In this document: in pieces, positions 48,296 to 61,790 of the stretch
Layout of the letters: each line of letters opens with the position of its first letter
How positions within the stretch are numbered: the first letter of the stretch is position 1
Assembly (NCBI GenBank): GCA_950097015.1
Contig: CATNEN010000030.1
Location: forward strand, 4,340,001 to 4,404,000
DNA length: 64,000 nt
Source: Macrostomum hystrix
Lineage: Eukaryota; Animalia; Platyhelminthes
Direction: 5' to 3'
Program-made: the position numbers and the translations under genes
The notes under the pieces: generated by a model
Database searches by the model: none
What the model saw: only the letters and a program-made list of their open reading frames with translations
Told to the model about the DNA's origin: nothing

Positions 48296-48396
48296 GTGGA
48301 TAGAGCGTCGGACTCACGACCTAAAGATCCGGTGTTCGATTCCTGACTCCAATGTACTTGAAGCAAGACACTTAACTCTGCATTGCTTCAGTTCAC
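48296..48396 (+). mobile_element. tRNA-derived SINE, copy 4 (5' part only)
   Basis: gtggatagagcgtcggactcacgacctaaagatccggtgttcgattcctgactcca...gcaagacacttaactctgcattgcttcagttcac aligns with the other three copies. Confidence 0.82.
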
Positions 48397-48865
48397 CAGT
48401 CAGTCAGTCAGTCAGTCAGTCAGTCAGTCAGTCAGTCAGTCAGTCAGTCAGTCAGTCAGTCAGTCAGTCAGTCAGTCAGTCAGTCAGTCAGTCAGTCAGT
48501 CAGTCAGTCAGTCAGTCAGTCAGTCAGTCAGTCAGTCAGTCAGTCAGTCAGTCAGTCAGTCAGTCAGTCAGTCAGTCAGTCAGTCAGTCAGTCAGTCAGT
48601 CAGTCAGTCAGTCAGTCAGTCAGTCAGTCAGTCAGTCAGTCAGTCAGTCAGTCAGTCAGTCAGTCAGTCAGTCAGTCAGTCAGTCAGTCAGTCAGTCAGT
48701 CAGTCAGTCAGTCAGTCAGTCAGTCAGTCAGTCAGTCAGTCAGTCAGTCAGTCAGTCAGTCAGTCAGTCAGTCAGTCAGTCAGTCAGTCAGTCAGTCAGT
48801 CAGTCAGTCAGTCAGTCAGTCAGTCAGTCAGTCAGTCAGTCAGTCAGTCAGTCAGTCAGTCAGTC
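48397..48865. repeat. Perfect (CAGT)n microsatellite, about 117 units
   Basis: An uninterrupted tetranucleotide run that begins inside SINE copy 4. Confidence 0.98.
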
Positions 48866-51593
48866 TTGAGTTTCACACATGCGGGTGTTTTCCCAAAAAG
48901 GGAATTCGCAGGTCACTAAAGATGGCAAGAAGGAGCAGAAGATTTAAGCACAATAAAATGCAGTCAGCTCCCCTGCTCACTCCGGCAGGCGGGCCTTCAA
49001 TTCCCTGTTGAGGCCGGAAAATGGGACATTGAGAAGGCATTGTTAGCCAGCCATCATGGTAACGGGCTGTAAAGTCCTCACTGGCACTACTCCTATCCGT
49101 TGAGTTATTATTATTGCCGCCCTGTGCCATCCTTGGACCCGTTCCCAGACCTCACACGCAGTCGCATTCTTTTCTGTCTATGGGAATAGGAGTGCAGAGA
49201 TAGCACCTTTGCTTATAATTAGAGCCAGACTCTGTCCCTGCCTGCTTATTTACGCAGCCGCATTTGTACGATTCGGTGGACTGCACGCCCCCAGCAGGCC
49301 AAGTCAGACAGACTATAATAATGAGAGGCCTTTTGACTTCTCCTCTGTCTTAAGGCCCACCCGCGGCGCGCTTTGATTCTCTTCTCACCTTTTCTTCCCG
49401 CCGCTTGCGTAGAAAGTTGTGAGCAATATTATGCAGCCTTTTTTATAAATACGAATTGTCGCAGATACTGCCCACCGAATCTGCGGTGGCTGGGGGCTCG
49501 TCTGTTTTAGGAAAGTTCTCAAAATTTACAATCCAAACCCAGTCCAGTTTTCTTTGTGTCTGTAAAATCTTCTCTTACTGTTCTCACCTCACTCTATACT
49601 AGCCTTCTGTTGCAACAGTCCTCAAATGATAATTTACAATGCAGGACTGTCTGCTGTGAGAATCGCTTTCTATATTCATCTATATAGTTTCTGAGTAGAA
49701 AACATTAATAATTTTGTGCAGAAATTGGCCGTCAGTCGAAAGTTGCCGCCTAGCTGTAGGCGGTGTTAATTTTCTGCTGCCTGCGCGGCATCAGGCTTGG
49801 CAATTTATTCGGTAGCCAAAACTCTTCCCATGCAGCGCTCGCTGCTCATTTGCAGACTGCTTTGGGTTCTGGCCCGCTCGCACCTAAGTTTCCATTGTGC
49901 TACACTTCGGTCTTCGTGCACTGCTTCTGAGCCTGCTGGCCCTTATAGTGAATGACACACTGTGCCATTGACTTACAATGCGGATTTAATATCCCTTGTC
50001 GATATCATTTAGAATCCTCTTTAGTAGGCAAATGATCCCATGTCGACATAATTTAGAATCCTACCATTTTCGTTGCCAGTCAACTTATAGTTGTTTGTTT
50101 CCAAAGGCAGTATTTCAGGCCAAAGACATGGCGCATATTTTATTATATTTTTTAAAGCAACTCAGTTACTGCATATCAAACAGAAGCTCTATCTCCATTT
50201 TGAAAGTGACTTGGTAGCTGTACAAGCTAAAGCAGTAACTCGTGTTCTCGAAATGACCCACGTGCTCAAAAATTGATATGCTCAAATGTTAACTCGATAT
50301 CAAAATAAGTGCTGCATGCCGAGAGAGCTTGAGATTTGTCTCCAGGGCGTCCAAGCAAAATCAAGGTGTCAATCATTCTCTAGCCCATTTAAAAGTCGCA
50401 CTGATAAGAGACCGAGGCGCTAAACTGCCCCAACTGTATAATATAGGTGTTATCGCGGCTTAAGCCCTGATCACGTTCCTTTAATCACGCACCCCACCTT
50501 GCCAACCAACTCTAGGGCTGTTGTATGCGCGGTATGTATTAAGACTAAAAATGACGCGCACCATTCAGGTGGGATAAAGATCCCTAATAGAATGTAAATG
50601 TAGCAGACAAACAAGCTGAGTTAGCAACTGGATTCCACCCTATTGCATGCAGTCTGTGGGATGTGGAAAAAAACTAACCGCCATAGCAACTGCTTCGCGT
50701 GAATATTGAGTCTATGTTCTCAAATCGTTGCTCCTAATTAAAAAATGAGACAAGACGGAAAAGTCACTATTGGTCGTGTATGATGCGTTAATATTGTGTT
50801 GAATAAATAAACTGACACAGAAAAAAACTAAGGTTTCATTTTGTACTTCGCATAGAACAATCAGATTGCATTGTAGTGTGAGTCATCTCTAACAAAACTT
50901 CTAATTCATGCGGATGGAAATAGCTATTATAAATGTTTTCTTTGCATTGACAAATCCATGAAATAAATATTGCATTGGAACTCAATATGGGTAACAGAGC
51001 AAAGGAGTATAGGGGATTTCTATGCGAAAGAGACAATCAGAACAAGGAAGGATAAAACAAAAACAGCGAATTTGTGTTTCGCCGTTTAAAGCACAGCAAT
51101 GATGCTTCATAAAACACATTTTAATGAAAAAATCAAATAAGCAAACAACTTGTATAGATTTTACACGAATCAACATTTGAAAAGCTGATCGATAACTCAC
51201 CTTAGTTGGGTGAGCGATGCAAACCAACAAAACAAAATAATAGCATTTGTACATGGGGAGACATTACAGAGTAAAACACTAGAAAATTAAACAAAAAAAT
51301 TTTCAACGTGAGTCAACTATACTGAAAGTGCAAGTGTAACTGTTGCTTATTACAGTTTCTGTAGCAGGTGTCCGGATTCAGCTGGGGTTTGCATTGGAAC
51401 CTGCATGGGCTACGGTTTCACTCGCACTTTCCCATTGTTGATACGGACTCCGAGATCTGCAATTGTGATTGCATCAGCTGTGGGTTAGATCATGAGATGC
51501 ATTAGAGTTCATCTGAGGACTAACGATTCACAAGTACAGGAGAGACCTTGAGTGTGCGTTAGTTCTTTTGGTTCGTTAATTTTATTATGATCG

Positions 51594-54341
51594 CTAACTG
51601 ATTGCTGTGATTACCTGGTGACTGGTGTGCAGCGTCCGGTGCACCTGCAGTGTGCGGGCCTGGCAGAAGCCCTTGCCGCAGACGTCACACTTAAACGGCT
51701 TGTCCTTGCAGTGAATGTAGCGATGGTCCCGCAGGTGGTCCTGCCTTCTGAACGCCTTGCCGCAGATCTCGCAGGGAAACGGGCGCTCGTCAGTGTGAGT
51801 TCGCTCGTGAATCAGCAGGTTGTAGGACTTGGTGAAGTGGCGCCTGCAGTACTTGCACACGTACTCCTTGCGGGCTCTGAGGAAGAGGTGTTGATTAGGT
51901 TTTTATAGTTTTTAGAGTTCATTTTTTATTTCCTCGAATTTCTCTAGTTAAAAAAGCCAGTGCCTGATGAAGTTCAATCGATAGAAAGTTTAAAAAAATC
52001 GTTCACTTCTTGCACTCAAGCATCAGGGCTTTGATAAGTTAGTTTCCATGCATTCATAGTGGGTGGGGCTTTTATGGTTGAAAGCTTCGAACCCCGCTCA
52101 ACAATAACATCTACAATGCGTCCCGATATAAAGGGATCAAAGGTCTGCGCGGGAGGCTGGGCGAGGACCTCATGTCCAGTCACGCAATGCTCGCACAATA
52201 GCGGACTGTGGAGTACGAGCTAACTGCTCATTTCCAGGCCACGTGACTCCAGCACCTTTGAGCAGTGATTGCTCTGTAAGATCTTCTAGGCTTATTTTTT
52301 TCTGTCACCTTTTACAATATCTATTATGCTCAATATTAGAGCCATTTGTCCCTGATTGTGGACCTCCGAATGGGTGCCAGTCGGGATATGTTTAATGCAC
52401 TCAGCCATTCACTGTCTGTCTGACTGGCTCCTTAGTAACTAGGCACTAAAGATATGAGCATGAGCCAACTGCTGGTCTGGTTGGTGATTTTCTCTGGTCT
52501 CACATGGCTGGCACTCAGGGGCCATATTCAGACTGTCTAAACTTTTGTTGACATGCACCCGCTTAGACCAGCCTCAATGATCACCGAATGTTCCAGACAG
52601 ACCTGCGCTTTCGAGTCTGCACCGCTAAGCACACCAGCCTGTCTGGCAGATTGTTGAGAGTTTGACTTCCCATCATCCACTTGTTTATATCCCATTGCCC
52701 CCTGCTCACGTAGGAGTGGCGTAACCTGATATTGAGCCATTCCCATTATGTTTAAACATGAAGAGTTTGACCCACAGCAAAGCTTTTCAATTGTCCAGCG
52801 CTGAGCTCGTCATTGAAGCTAGACTGCATGGGCCTCAGCACATCTGGACCTGCAGGCATGGACAAACAAACTGGCACGATGGCCATGTGTGTTGGTGGTA
52901 TACTCGCTTGCTTGAAGCATCTGCGATCACCAGTATAATAATGTTAGAGAAGGGAAAGGGAAATCATAATGTGCCAATGCCTTATTCAATCAAATTTCCC
53001 CGGTGTAAAAAAACTCGTGCGAAAGTTAAACAAGACTGTTAGAGAAAAAAGACAATGGCTTCTCACCCGAATATAAAGGAAATGAGAATTGAAGGTGCTA
53101 ACAGGTTCAGGCCAGTCTTGGCGGGCCTATATCCATAACTATCACAGATAGCGAAAGTGCGAAATACTCGTAGCTTTCACAAAGAGACCCGCGCAAACTT
53201 GCAGCGCATGCAGCAGTGAGACGTGCCTATGCAAACAGATTCTTTACCTATAAAACATCATGAATTAGCATAACATGCGGGCCACCCACTCTCTCATGGC
53301 TGGAGAAGAAACAGATATCTCTGGACTCCAAATAGGGTTGGAAAGCAAGCTGATGGACTCGGACGAAAATCAGCCTACTGGCTCATTGCGGGTGCGGTAT
53401 CCGGGCCCGCTGAGTTGTGCTTACTGCAGCATCAACTATGCAGTGACTATAGCAGCAAATCTCACATTTGCATACCCTAAAAACCTGCCGGGTGCATCCC
53501 AACTGCAAAATATAACTCCGTGCCATTTTCTCACCAAGCTATTAATCGTGTGTTAAAGAATCTAATTTGCCTAATTGGGCTTAGGAACTAAATAGAAATG
53601 ACAATTCGGCTTTCTAGAAAGGAAATTATAGAGCTTTAAAAAAGCTATCAAGCATGGTGGGTAGAGTTTCGGGGCAGACGGCCTTGGGTCCAGTTGTTTA
53701 TTATTTTATCAGCACCTGCAGGATCTTGGGCACTGTCATTGTCACCTGTTGCCCGGCCATAAGATGCTGTACAGAACTTTTTTTAAAGGAAAGTTTTAGA
53801 AACGCAACCTTGTCTAGGGAATAATTGCGTCACTTGTTACCATGGCTACCAGCCCAACAGGAGGTTCACGCTACATCATAAGCGTGCCAAACATTTTTTA
53901 GATCTTCCATCTCTCCACCGGATGCTCACCTGCCGGGTCCTCGGCCTCGTGGCTTGCGCCCGGTCGGCAGATTGGCCGCTGCTGATGCGGACGCGGCGGC
54001 CGCCGCTGCCACAGCTGCCGCTGCCGACGCCATGAGGTGATGCCCGCCGCCGAACTGCATGACAGCCAGGGGGCCGCGAGACTGCGGCACAACGGTTGAG
54101 TCTACTCGGCCGTCATCCTCACCGCCTGAGCTCACACCTCCACCAGCGCCCTCCGGGGTGGAATCGGCCGAGTAGATGGAGGCCGCCTCGTCCGCTGCCG
54201 GCTGCTCGGCTGCCTCCGACGACTCGTCCTCCATGCAGGACTCGGCTAGGCGGGTGAAGTCAAATCGAGGGCGCTGCTGCTGCTGCTGCTGCTGTTGCTG
54301 CTGTTGAAGGCGCTTTTTCTGAGCCGACAAAAGACGATGGC

Positions 54342-54379
<38 letters not shown>

Positions 54380-56230
54380 AGCTGGTGCTGTGCGGCGGCC
54401 ATGCGTTGGCTGCAGCCCAGCATGTGATAGAAGCGCAGCAGCTGATGGTGCCAGTAGGCCTGCGACATTGCGGCTGCAGCGGCGGCGGCTGCGGCGCCCG
54501 CATTGCCAGGAGCCAGTCGGTATCCGGGCAGCTGCTGACCGCCTAGCGGAGCTGGCGCGGTGACCGGAGTCCCGCTGGTTGAACTACTCGGCGGCTGCTG
54601 AAGTTCTGCTGAAGGTGGAGAGGAAACTTTAATTGTTTGAGTTGCATAGCAACGCACGCTATCACATATATATCACAAAGGCATTAATTTTATTTCGGAC
54701 TCAGAAAGTCTCTGTAGCAACCGAGGTGCAGGTATTATAGCTCGATACTTTTTTGGAGTGAGCTTTAATAAAATCAACAATGATATCATCGGGCATTTTG
54801 TTTGATTTTTTATTTCTTCTCAACATTATGCAACCAATATTTAAAGTCGGAGTTAGTTGCAGCAATGTTTACTTTTATATTAAGTTCGCAATGTGTCTGG
54901 ATCTGCAGTATTGCGCTGATCCACCTCGCAGCATGGTTACTGGCGAGCAGCTGTGACAGCGGTCTGTCATTCTATAACTCTTATATGCAATTAACATCGC
55001 ACCTGTGCGGCCTTATAAAGATTATTCTACTGTTAGAGAGCAATCTAATTTTTATTCGCTTAACCACATCCTATTGGGTCAATGAGCTTGAATCTAAATT
55101 TGCTAGGAACTTTGCAGGAGAGAACCATGCAGCCATGTTTGCTCAACAGAAATGACAGGAAGGCGATTAAAGCTACAATCTCAAGCTAATATTGGATTTA
55201 AACTAAGAATTGTTTTAATTTTTGTGTCCCCTGCACCGCAGCGGTGGCAGCTTGCCTGCTTGGTTAAATCAAAGGATTAATGCAATATACAGAAAAGCAA
55301 TTGTTTGCATACAACATGCGGTTTCCCATGACAGCCCAGATTCCCACGGGCCCTTTCCGGCCGCGGCGGCCGCGGCGGCGGCGGCGGCGGCAGCGTTGGC
55401 CGCGGCGGGGGGCGGCGGCAGGTGGCAAAGTGAAAGGGTTTGGCGCCCATGTGCCAGTCGTACGCACTGGCCGCTTGGAGACAAAGCGGCCGCCATCCCC
55501 CCAAAACTGCTGCAGTCTCGGCTGCTTGAGCAACAATGCGCAAAAGCAAACACTCAAGCTGGGCCGGCCACACGAGGTGGTCCTAGCGAGTTGCTCTAAC
55601 CCACCCACCTGCCAGCCCTGCCCATGACCCATTAAATTGATATTTAACAAAAAGAAAATAATTGTGACTGCCAAATGACAGGCCGTGCATACGGGGTGGC
55701 TATCGAGTATGTGTGCAAAGTGGCGACAACGACGGGACGGCATGGTCCTGCCGTGGGAGCAGCACAGCCGCAGACCGCAAGGACACACACACACAGCGGT
55801 ACAATATGCCATTGTGCGGCAATAACAATTCATTGCTTAAAGTCAGCAAATGCAAATAAAAAAATGTTACCGAAAATTTTCAGAGTTGACTTATTCGACC
55901 TTACCCAAACACCACCACTAGACTGAGCATATTAGTATCCAGCTGAGAGTTTTTATAGCTCAGAGTTAGCAAACTCGTGCATATGGCCCAGCAACTTGAG
56001 AAGCTGCATGCCTATGTAGATTTAATACAAATCTTTCCATTGTTGCTGTGTGAATAAATTACTTAAATACATTTTTGGCTAAAAGTTGATCAAAATCACT
56101 CTAACCTTGCTGCTGAATTAAACAGAGTGACAATGATATAAAATATTTTTACTCACCTTTGCGAGCTCTGGCTTCTATGAGCTCATGTGGCACTGGACGG
56201 CTAAGCATGCACGAAAGCAGCTGGCTCATG

Positions 56231-56275
<45 letters not shown>

Positions 56276-56295
56276 CCCGGATGGAACTGCTGCAT
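51594..56295 (-). CDS. osr: Odd-skipped-related C2H2 zinc-finger transcription factor, paralogue B (3 fingers, polyQ/polyA-rich N-terminus)
   Basis: Exons 56295-56157 (MQQFHPGQ14HMSQ...RARK), 54608-53930 ([13 protein letters not shown]; RKPRGRGPG) and 51876-51594 (fingers) join in phases 1 and 2 with GTGAG donors. A possible alternative end uses the donor after 51615 and a small exon at 51512-51474. Confidence 0.94.
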
Positions 56296-56423
56296 TTGCT
56301 AACTTGTCCTCGGGTACTAGCTGCTGGTGATTAAAAACTATTGAGGAAGCAATCCAATTAACCTCCTTCAAACTGTCTGCTGAATCTGCTTCGATGCGGT
56401 GACTTCTGAGACCCGCTGCCAAA

Positions 56424-56501
56424 GCCTTTTATTATGAGGCCAGGTAGAACACTGGCGCCTCGGGGTGGTCCCAGGCCCCCGGAATGACGCCCTCAGCCAA
56501 T
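56424..56501 (-). promoter_or_regulatory. Candidate core promoter of osr-B (TATA-like ATAATAAAAG and a CCAAT element)
   Basis: An AT-rich element about 135 nt upstream of the ATG in GC-rich sequence, with CCAAT on the + strand near 56497. Motif inspection only. Confidence 0.3.
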
Positions 56502-56886
56502 AGGGTAGCAGCGGAGGCGCCTCAGACAGTCGGTGATTGGCCGGTGGGCCGCCCACTCGAACTGAGCAGTGAGTTACATGCGTGCGCTGCAACAAATTAC
56601 TGAGATTACTGAGATGGAGAGAACTGACTGAGTTAACAGCAGGACAAGGCCATGCCCCATGATTAATTATTCATGAGATTGTGCACAGTTAGGGAGAGAG
56701 CCTAAAATCATTTCAGAGCTTGCGTAAAATCCTTCAGAGGCGACTGAAATAATCCATAAAGGAACTCTAAAATACATTAAGGAGGATCACATTTGATCGA
56801 GTCAGATAGCAGCCAGATACGTCCTGCAAAGTTTATTAATTCATCCCTGAAACATTTCAATAACCGCTACATTCCTCACTAACTCA

Positions 56887-57312
56887 TTTCTCCCCGTCTC
56901 ACCTCATCTCACCTTGTCTTATCTCACCCTGTCTCATCTCACACTGTCTCATCTCACCCTGTCTTATCTCACCCTGTCTCATCTCACACTGTCTCATCTC
57001 ACCCTGTCTCATCTCACCCTGTCTCATCTCACACTGTCTCATCTCACACTGTCTCATCTCACCCTGTCTTATCTCACCCTGTCTCATCTCACACTGTCTC
57101 ATCTCACCCCGTCTCATCTCACACTGTCTCATCTCACCCTGTCTCATCTCACACTGTCTCATCTCACACTGTCTCATCTCACCCTGTCTCATCTCACCCT
57201 GTCTCATCTCACACTGTCTCATCTCACCCTGTCTCATCTCACACTGTCTCATCTCACCCTGTCTTATCTCACACTGTCTCATCTCACCCTGTCTTATCTC
57301 ACACTGTCTCAT
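56887..57312. repeat. 15-bp minisatellite, about 28 copies
   Basis: Unit c(c/a)ctgtctcatctca. Confidence 0.96.
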
Positions 57313-57766
57313 TAATGGAGTTTTTGGATTCATAGATTTTATAGATTAATTTTGGTACGTTTTTATGAATGTTATTATGTTATTATGAAAAGCAAAAAAC
57401 TTTGTTGTAGCTGTAAGCCTGTATGGCAGGTAGATGACAGCATTTATGATAGGCATTAGACCTTCAAGGCATAGAGGAGTATACGAGATTCGTATTCGCG
57501 CAGTTTTAATAAGTTAACTATATCACTATCTCATGATTAACGTTTGCTCAGACAGAAACAACCATTCTGCTGTGGCCGAGGCGTCTGCGGCGCCAATATT
57601 TTTCCAGGAATCAGAGATAAAGCCTATAGCGCATTCATGGGTGTGACAGCGCGTGTGCCAGCGGAACAACTCGACACGCCCCTCAATCAGTGAATCAGCG
57701 TCATTTTCTAAGAACTGATCTAAATAAATTGGATTCTATGTCATTGTATGCTGCTAGAAATAATGT

Positions 57767-58010
57767 GAGCGAGCAGAGAGTGAGATGGAGAGAGAGCAGA
57801 GTGAGATGGAGAGAGAGCAGAGAGTGAGATGGAGAGTGAGATGCAGTGTGAGATGGAGAGTGAGATGCAGTGTGAGATGGAGAGTGAGATGGAGTGTGAG
57901 ATGGAGAGTGAGATGCAGTGTGAGATGGAGAGTGAGATGCAGTGTGAGATGGAGAGTGAGATGGAGTGTGAGATGGAGAGAGAGCAGAGAGTGAGATGGA
58001 GAGAGGGAGA
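57767..58010. repeat. 12/24-bp GA-rich minisatellite
   Basis: Units gagatggagagt, gagatgcagtgt and gagatggagtgt. Confidence 0.9.
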
Positions 58011-59949
58011 ATGCGTTGGAGACAGTGAGAGTGAGATGAAGAGAGGGATAGAAAGTGAGACACGGAGGGTAATATAGAATCATAGACAGGAGGCGCGGAA
58101 AGGAAAGAGGGCAGAGAGCATTCCAGTTTACTTTGGGGTGCAGTTGGTTTTTTAATTTCATTTGCACTAAAGAGCAAAAGCCTAAGCAATGAAGTCGAGG
58201 CAACTAATTTAGCTGTGGTCCACTAAAGCAAACAGCCTTCTAATTTAAAGGTGTCTTGAGGCCATTAATAAGCTATAGAACAAAGACTTACTTCGCACTG
58301 CTGCAGTTTCTAAGGCGAGTTACTATATTCTAATAATGCAAACGTTTGAGAATAATGGGCTTGAGGTGACAGGTGACACCTTCAAGATTAACAAAGAAAG
58401 TTTCTCGCGTGTTCAGATGCAGGAAAATTGATTCAATAAAATTCCAATAAAAACAAAGCATTGGACCTAAATATTTAGGCATATTGTTTCATATGGAACA
58501 AAGCTAGTATTTCATTTTCCGCACAAGTGGCGTTGTTAAGCTCGCTCCGAAGTTGAGATGCCAGCTGACTGAGCTTTGAGTCTTGTAGCAGAAGCATCAA
58601 CAAAGTTAATTTCATGTCGTGGCAGAGGAAGGATGAGAAAGGATATTAAAGATTTGAAACAAATCAGTGCATCACACTGGCCCACATTTCTTCAATGTGA
58701 TTGTGCTTGATGATAAGCCGTTATTGACTGAATAAAAATATGATGGCGTGTGAAGTTCAATGCAATAAGTGGGACTATCCAATGTAACATATATAATTGC
58801 GCCTCAGGGGTTCTGGTCGCTGTGAATTTTAACCCTATACCCACCTATTCCTAGTCAGATCAGGGGGACTATGCGAGCATCCCATATCTATATTCAGTTG
58901 AACCCAGCAAACCAATGTAAATGTATATGTGTGCAACCACTTAATGCCTGTGAAGGCAGCGATTGCGTGATCTAACATTTTGCAACATATAAAGTCGAAA
59001 GCTTTAGATTAACAAAAATTTTTATAAAATAGCGCGATGGAATCCAGCGAAATCCTTATGAAACCAAAGATTCCCATACTTTTACTAACATATGAAATAA
59101 CTGTTGCATGCGCGGCAAATGCCAAATCTCTAATTACTCAATTGTCTATGGTATCTCATTGCATTGTCTTGGCCAGAGTCTAACAGAACTCACTATACAC
59201 GCACAGTGAGAGATGCATATATTTGAGAGCAGATTTCTCTCTGCATCCGCTCTACAGACTCGCACCCGCGCTCTCTGCAGTATATACCTACATATCGCCT
59301 GTAAGGTAAATCTGAATTCATTTGCACATTCATGAGATCCAATATATATATATATATGTATGTATTGCAGAACAGTCTGTGGCGCGGCCACTTAACCGGA
59401 ACTGACACCGCTGTGCAGAATCCAGCAAGATGTGCTAAATTTCAGTTGGGTGCCCCGCATCCACTGCAATGTCATCACGGTGCCGTGAAATCTCAGGTTT
59501 CGTTCGCTTCCCATGCATGCAGCTTGATCCTTCACGGCGGCACAGTGGGGGGTGGAGCTGTTGCACATGCTAATAACACGAGCGACAATGTCTATGTATA
59601 TACGCGATGTTCACTTGGCTTGCATAATGAGGCCACGAGATGAACTACTTATTTATATGCATGCGCTGCATATGGAAGCTGGAAGGATAAACAGTTTGTA
59701 TACGCTAAGTGTGACACATCTAGTGCGACTAATTTAACCCACCTTCAGTTATCGGGAGTAAAACAGTAATTAAAAAACATGCTTCAACAGCAAAATTAGC
59801 GTAAAGTCTAATGCGTAATCAAATCTGAGTTTAAGTTTGAATGGGATAATTTACATTAAGGTGAGGAATTTTGTGTGAATCGGTGAATAATTCACAAAAC
59901 TCGAGTCAATCGACTAAATAACAGTAGAGCTTCCTGCTAACAACATGCT

Positions 59950-60516
59950 AAATTTCACATTCCCTAATTTCACCTTCCCTAATTTCACCTTCCCTAATTT
60001 CACATTCCCTAATTTCACATTCCCTAATTTCACATTCCTTAATTTCACATTCACTAATTTCACCTTCCCTAATTTCACATTCCCTAATTTCACCTTCCCT
60101 AATTTCACATTCCCTAATTTCACATTCCCTAATTTCACATTCCCTACTTTCACCTTCCCTAATTTCACATTCCCTAATTTCACATTCCCTAATTTCACAT
60201 TCCCTAATTTCACATTCCCTAATTTCACATTCCCTAATTTCACATTCCCTAATTTCACATTCCTTAATTTCACATTCACTAATTTCACCTTCCCTAATTT
60301 CACATTCCCTAATTTCACATTCCCTAATTTCACATTCCCTAATTTCACATTCCCTAATTTCACATTCCCTAATTTCACCTTCCCTAATTTCACCTTCCCT
60401 AATTTCACATTCCCTAATTTCACATTCCCTAATTTCACATTCCCTAATTTCACATTCCCTAATTTCACATTCCCTAATTTCACATTCCCTAATTTCACAT
60501 TCCCTAATTTCACCTT
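59950..60516. repeat. 15-bp minisatellite, about 38 copies
   Basis: Unit cacattccctaattt, with a caccttccct variant. Confidence 0.97.
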
Positions 60517-61790
60517 CACTCTCCGTCTCTTCATCTCACTCTCCCTCTCTTGATCTCACTCTCCGTCTCTTGATCTCACTCTCCCTCTCTTGATCTCACT
60601 CTCCGTCTCTTCATCTCACTCTCCGTCTCTTCATCTCACTCTCCCTCTCTTGATCTCACTCTCCGTCTCTTCATCTCACTCTCCGTCTCTTCATCTCACT
60701 CTCCCTCTCTTGATCTCACTCTCCGTCTCTTCATCTCACTCTCCGTCTCTTCATCTCACTCTCCCTCTCTTGATCTCACTCTCCGTCTCTTCATCTCACT
60801 CTCCGTCTCTTGATCTCACTCTCCCTCTCTTGATCTCACTCTCCGTCTCTTCATCTCACTCTCCCTCTCTTGATCTCACTCTCCGTCTCTTCATCTCACT
60901 CTCCCTCTCTTGATCTCACTCTCCGTCTCTTCATCTCACTCTCCGTCTCTTCATCTCACTCTCCCTCTCTTGATCTCACTCTCCGTCTCTTCATCTCACT
61001 CTCCGTCTCTTCATCTCACTCTCCCTCTCTTGATCTCACTCTCCGTCTCTTCATCTCACTCTCCCTCTCTTGATCTCACTCTCCGTCTCTTCATCTCACT
61101 CTCCCTCTCTTGATCTCACTCTCCGTCTCTTCATCTCACTCTCCCTCTCTTCATCTCACTCTCCCTCTCTTGATCTCACTCTCCGTCTCTTCATCTCACT
61201 CTCCGTCTCTTCATCTCACTCTCCCTCTCTTGATCTCACTCTCCGTCTCTTCATCTCACTCTCCGTCTCTTCATCTCACTCTCCCTCTCTTGATCTCACT
61301 CTCCGTCTCTTCATCTCACTCTCCGTCTCTTCATCTCACTCTCCCTCTCTTGATCTCACTCTCCGTCTCTTCATCTCACTCTCCGTCTCTTCATCTCACT
61401 CTCCCTCTCTTGATCTCACTCTCCGTCTCTTCATCTCACTCTCCCTCTCTTGATCTCACTCTCCGTCTCTTCATCTCACTCTCCCTCTCTTGATCTCACT
61501 CTCCGTCTCTTCATCTCACTCTCCGTCTCTTCATCTCACTCTCCCTCTCTTGATCTCACTCTCCGTCTCTTCATCTCACTCTCCCTCTCTTGATCTCACT
61601 CTCCGTCTCTTCATCTCACTCTCCCTCTCTTGATCTCACTCTCCGTCTCTTCATCTCACTCTCCCTCTCTTGATCTCACTCTCCGTCTCTTCATCTCACT
61701 CTCCCTCTCTTGATCTCACTCTCCGTCTCTTCATCTCACTCTCCCTCTCTTGATCTCACTCTCCCTCTCTTGATCTCACTCTCCCTTCTC
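60517..61790. repeat. 20-bp pyrimidine-rich minisatellite, about 64 copies, two alternating variants
   Basis: Units tctcactctccgtctcttca and tctcactctccctctcttga. Confidence 0.97.

Noticed and set aside
56201-56422. Poly-Ala ORF, and the poly-Ala/Arg ORFs at 55222-55627
   Set aside because: The first is an alternative frame of the osr-B exon 1 CAG tract. The others come from an intronic GCG-rich patch without convincing splice sites.
59950-60516. Interstitial telomere
   Set aside because: There is only one CCCTAA per 15-bp unit, not tandem (TTAGGG)n.
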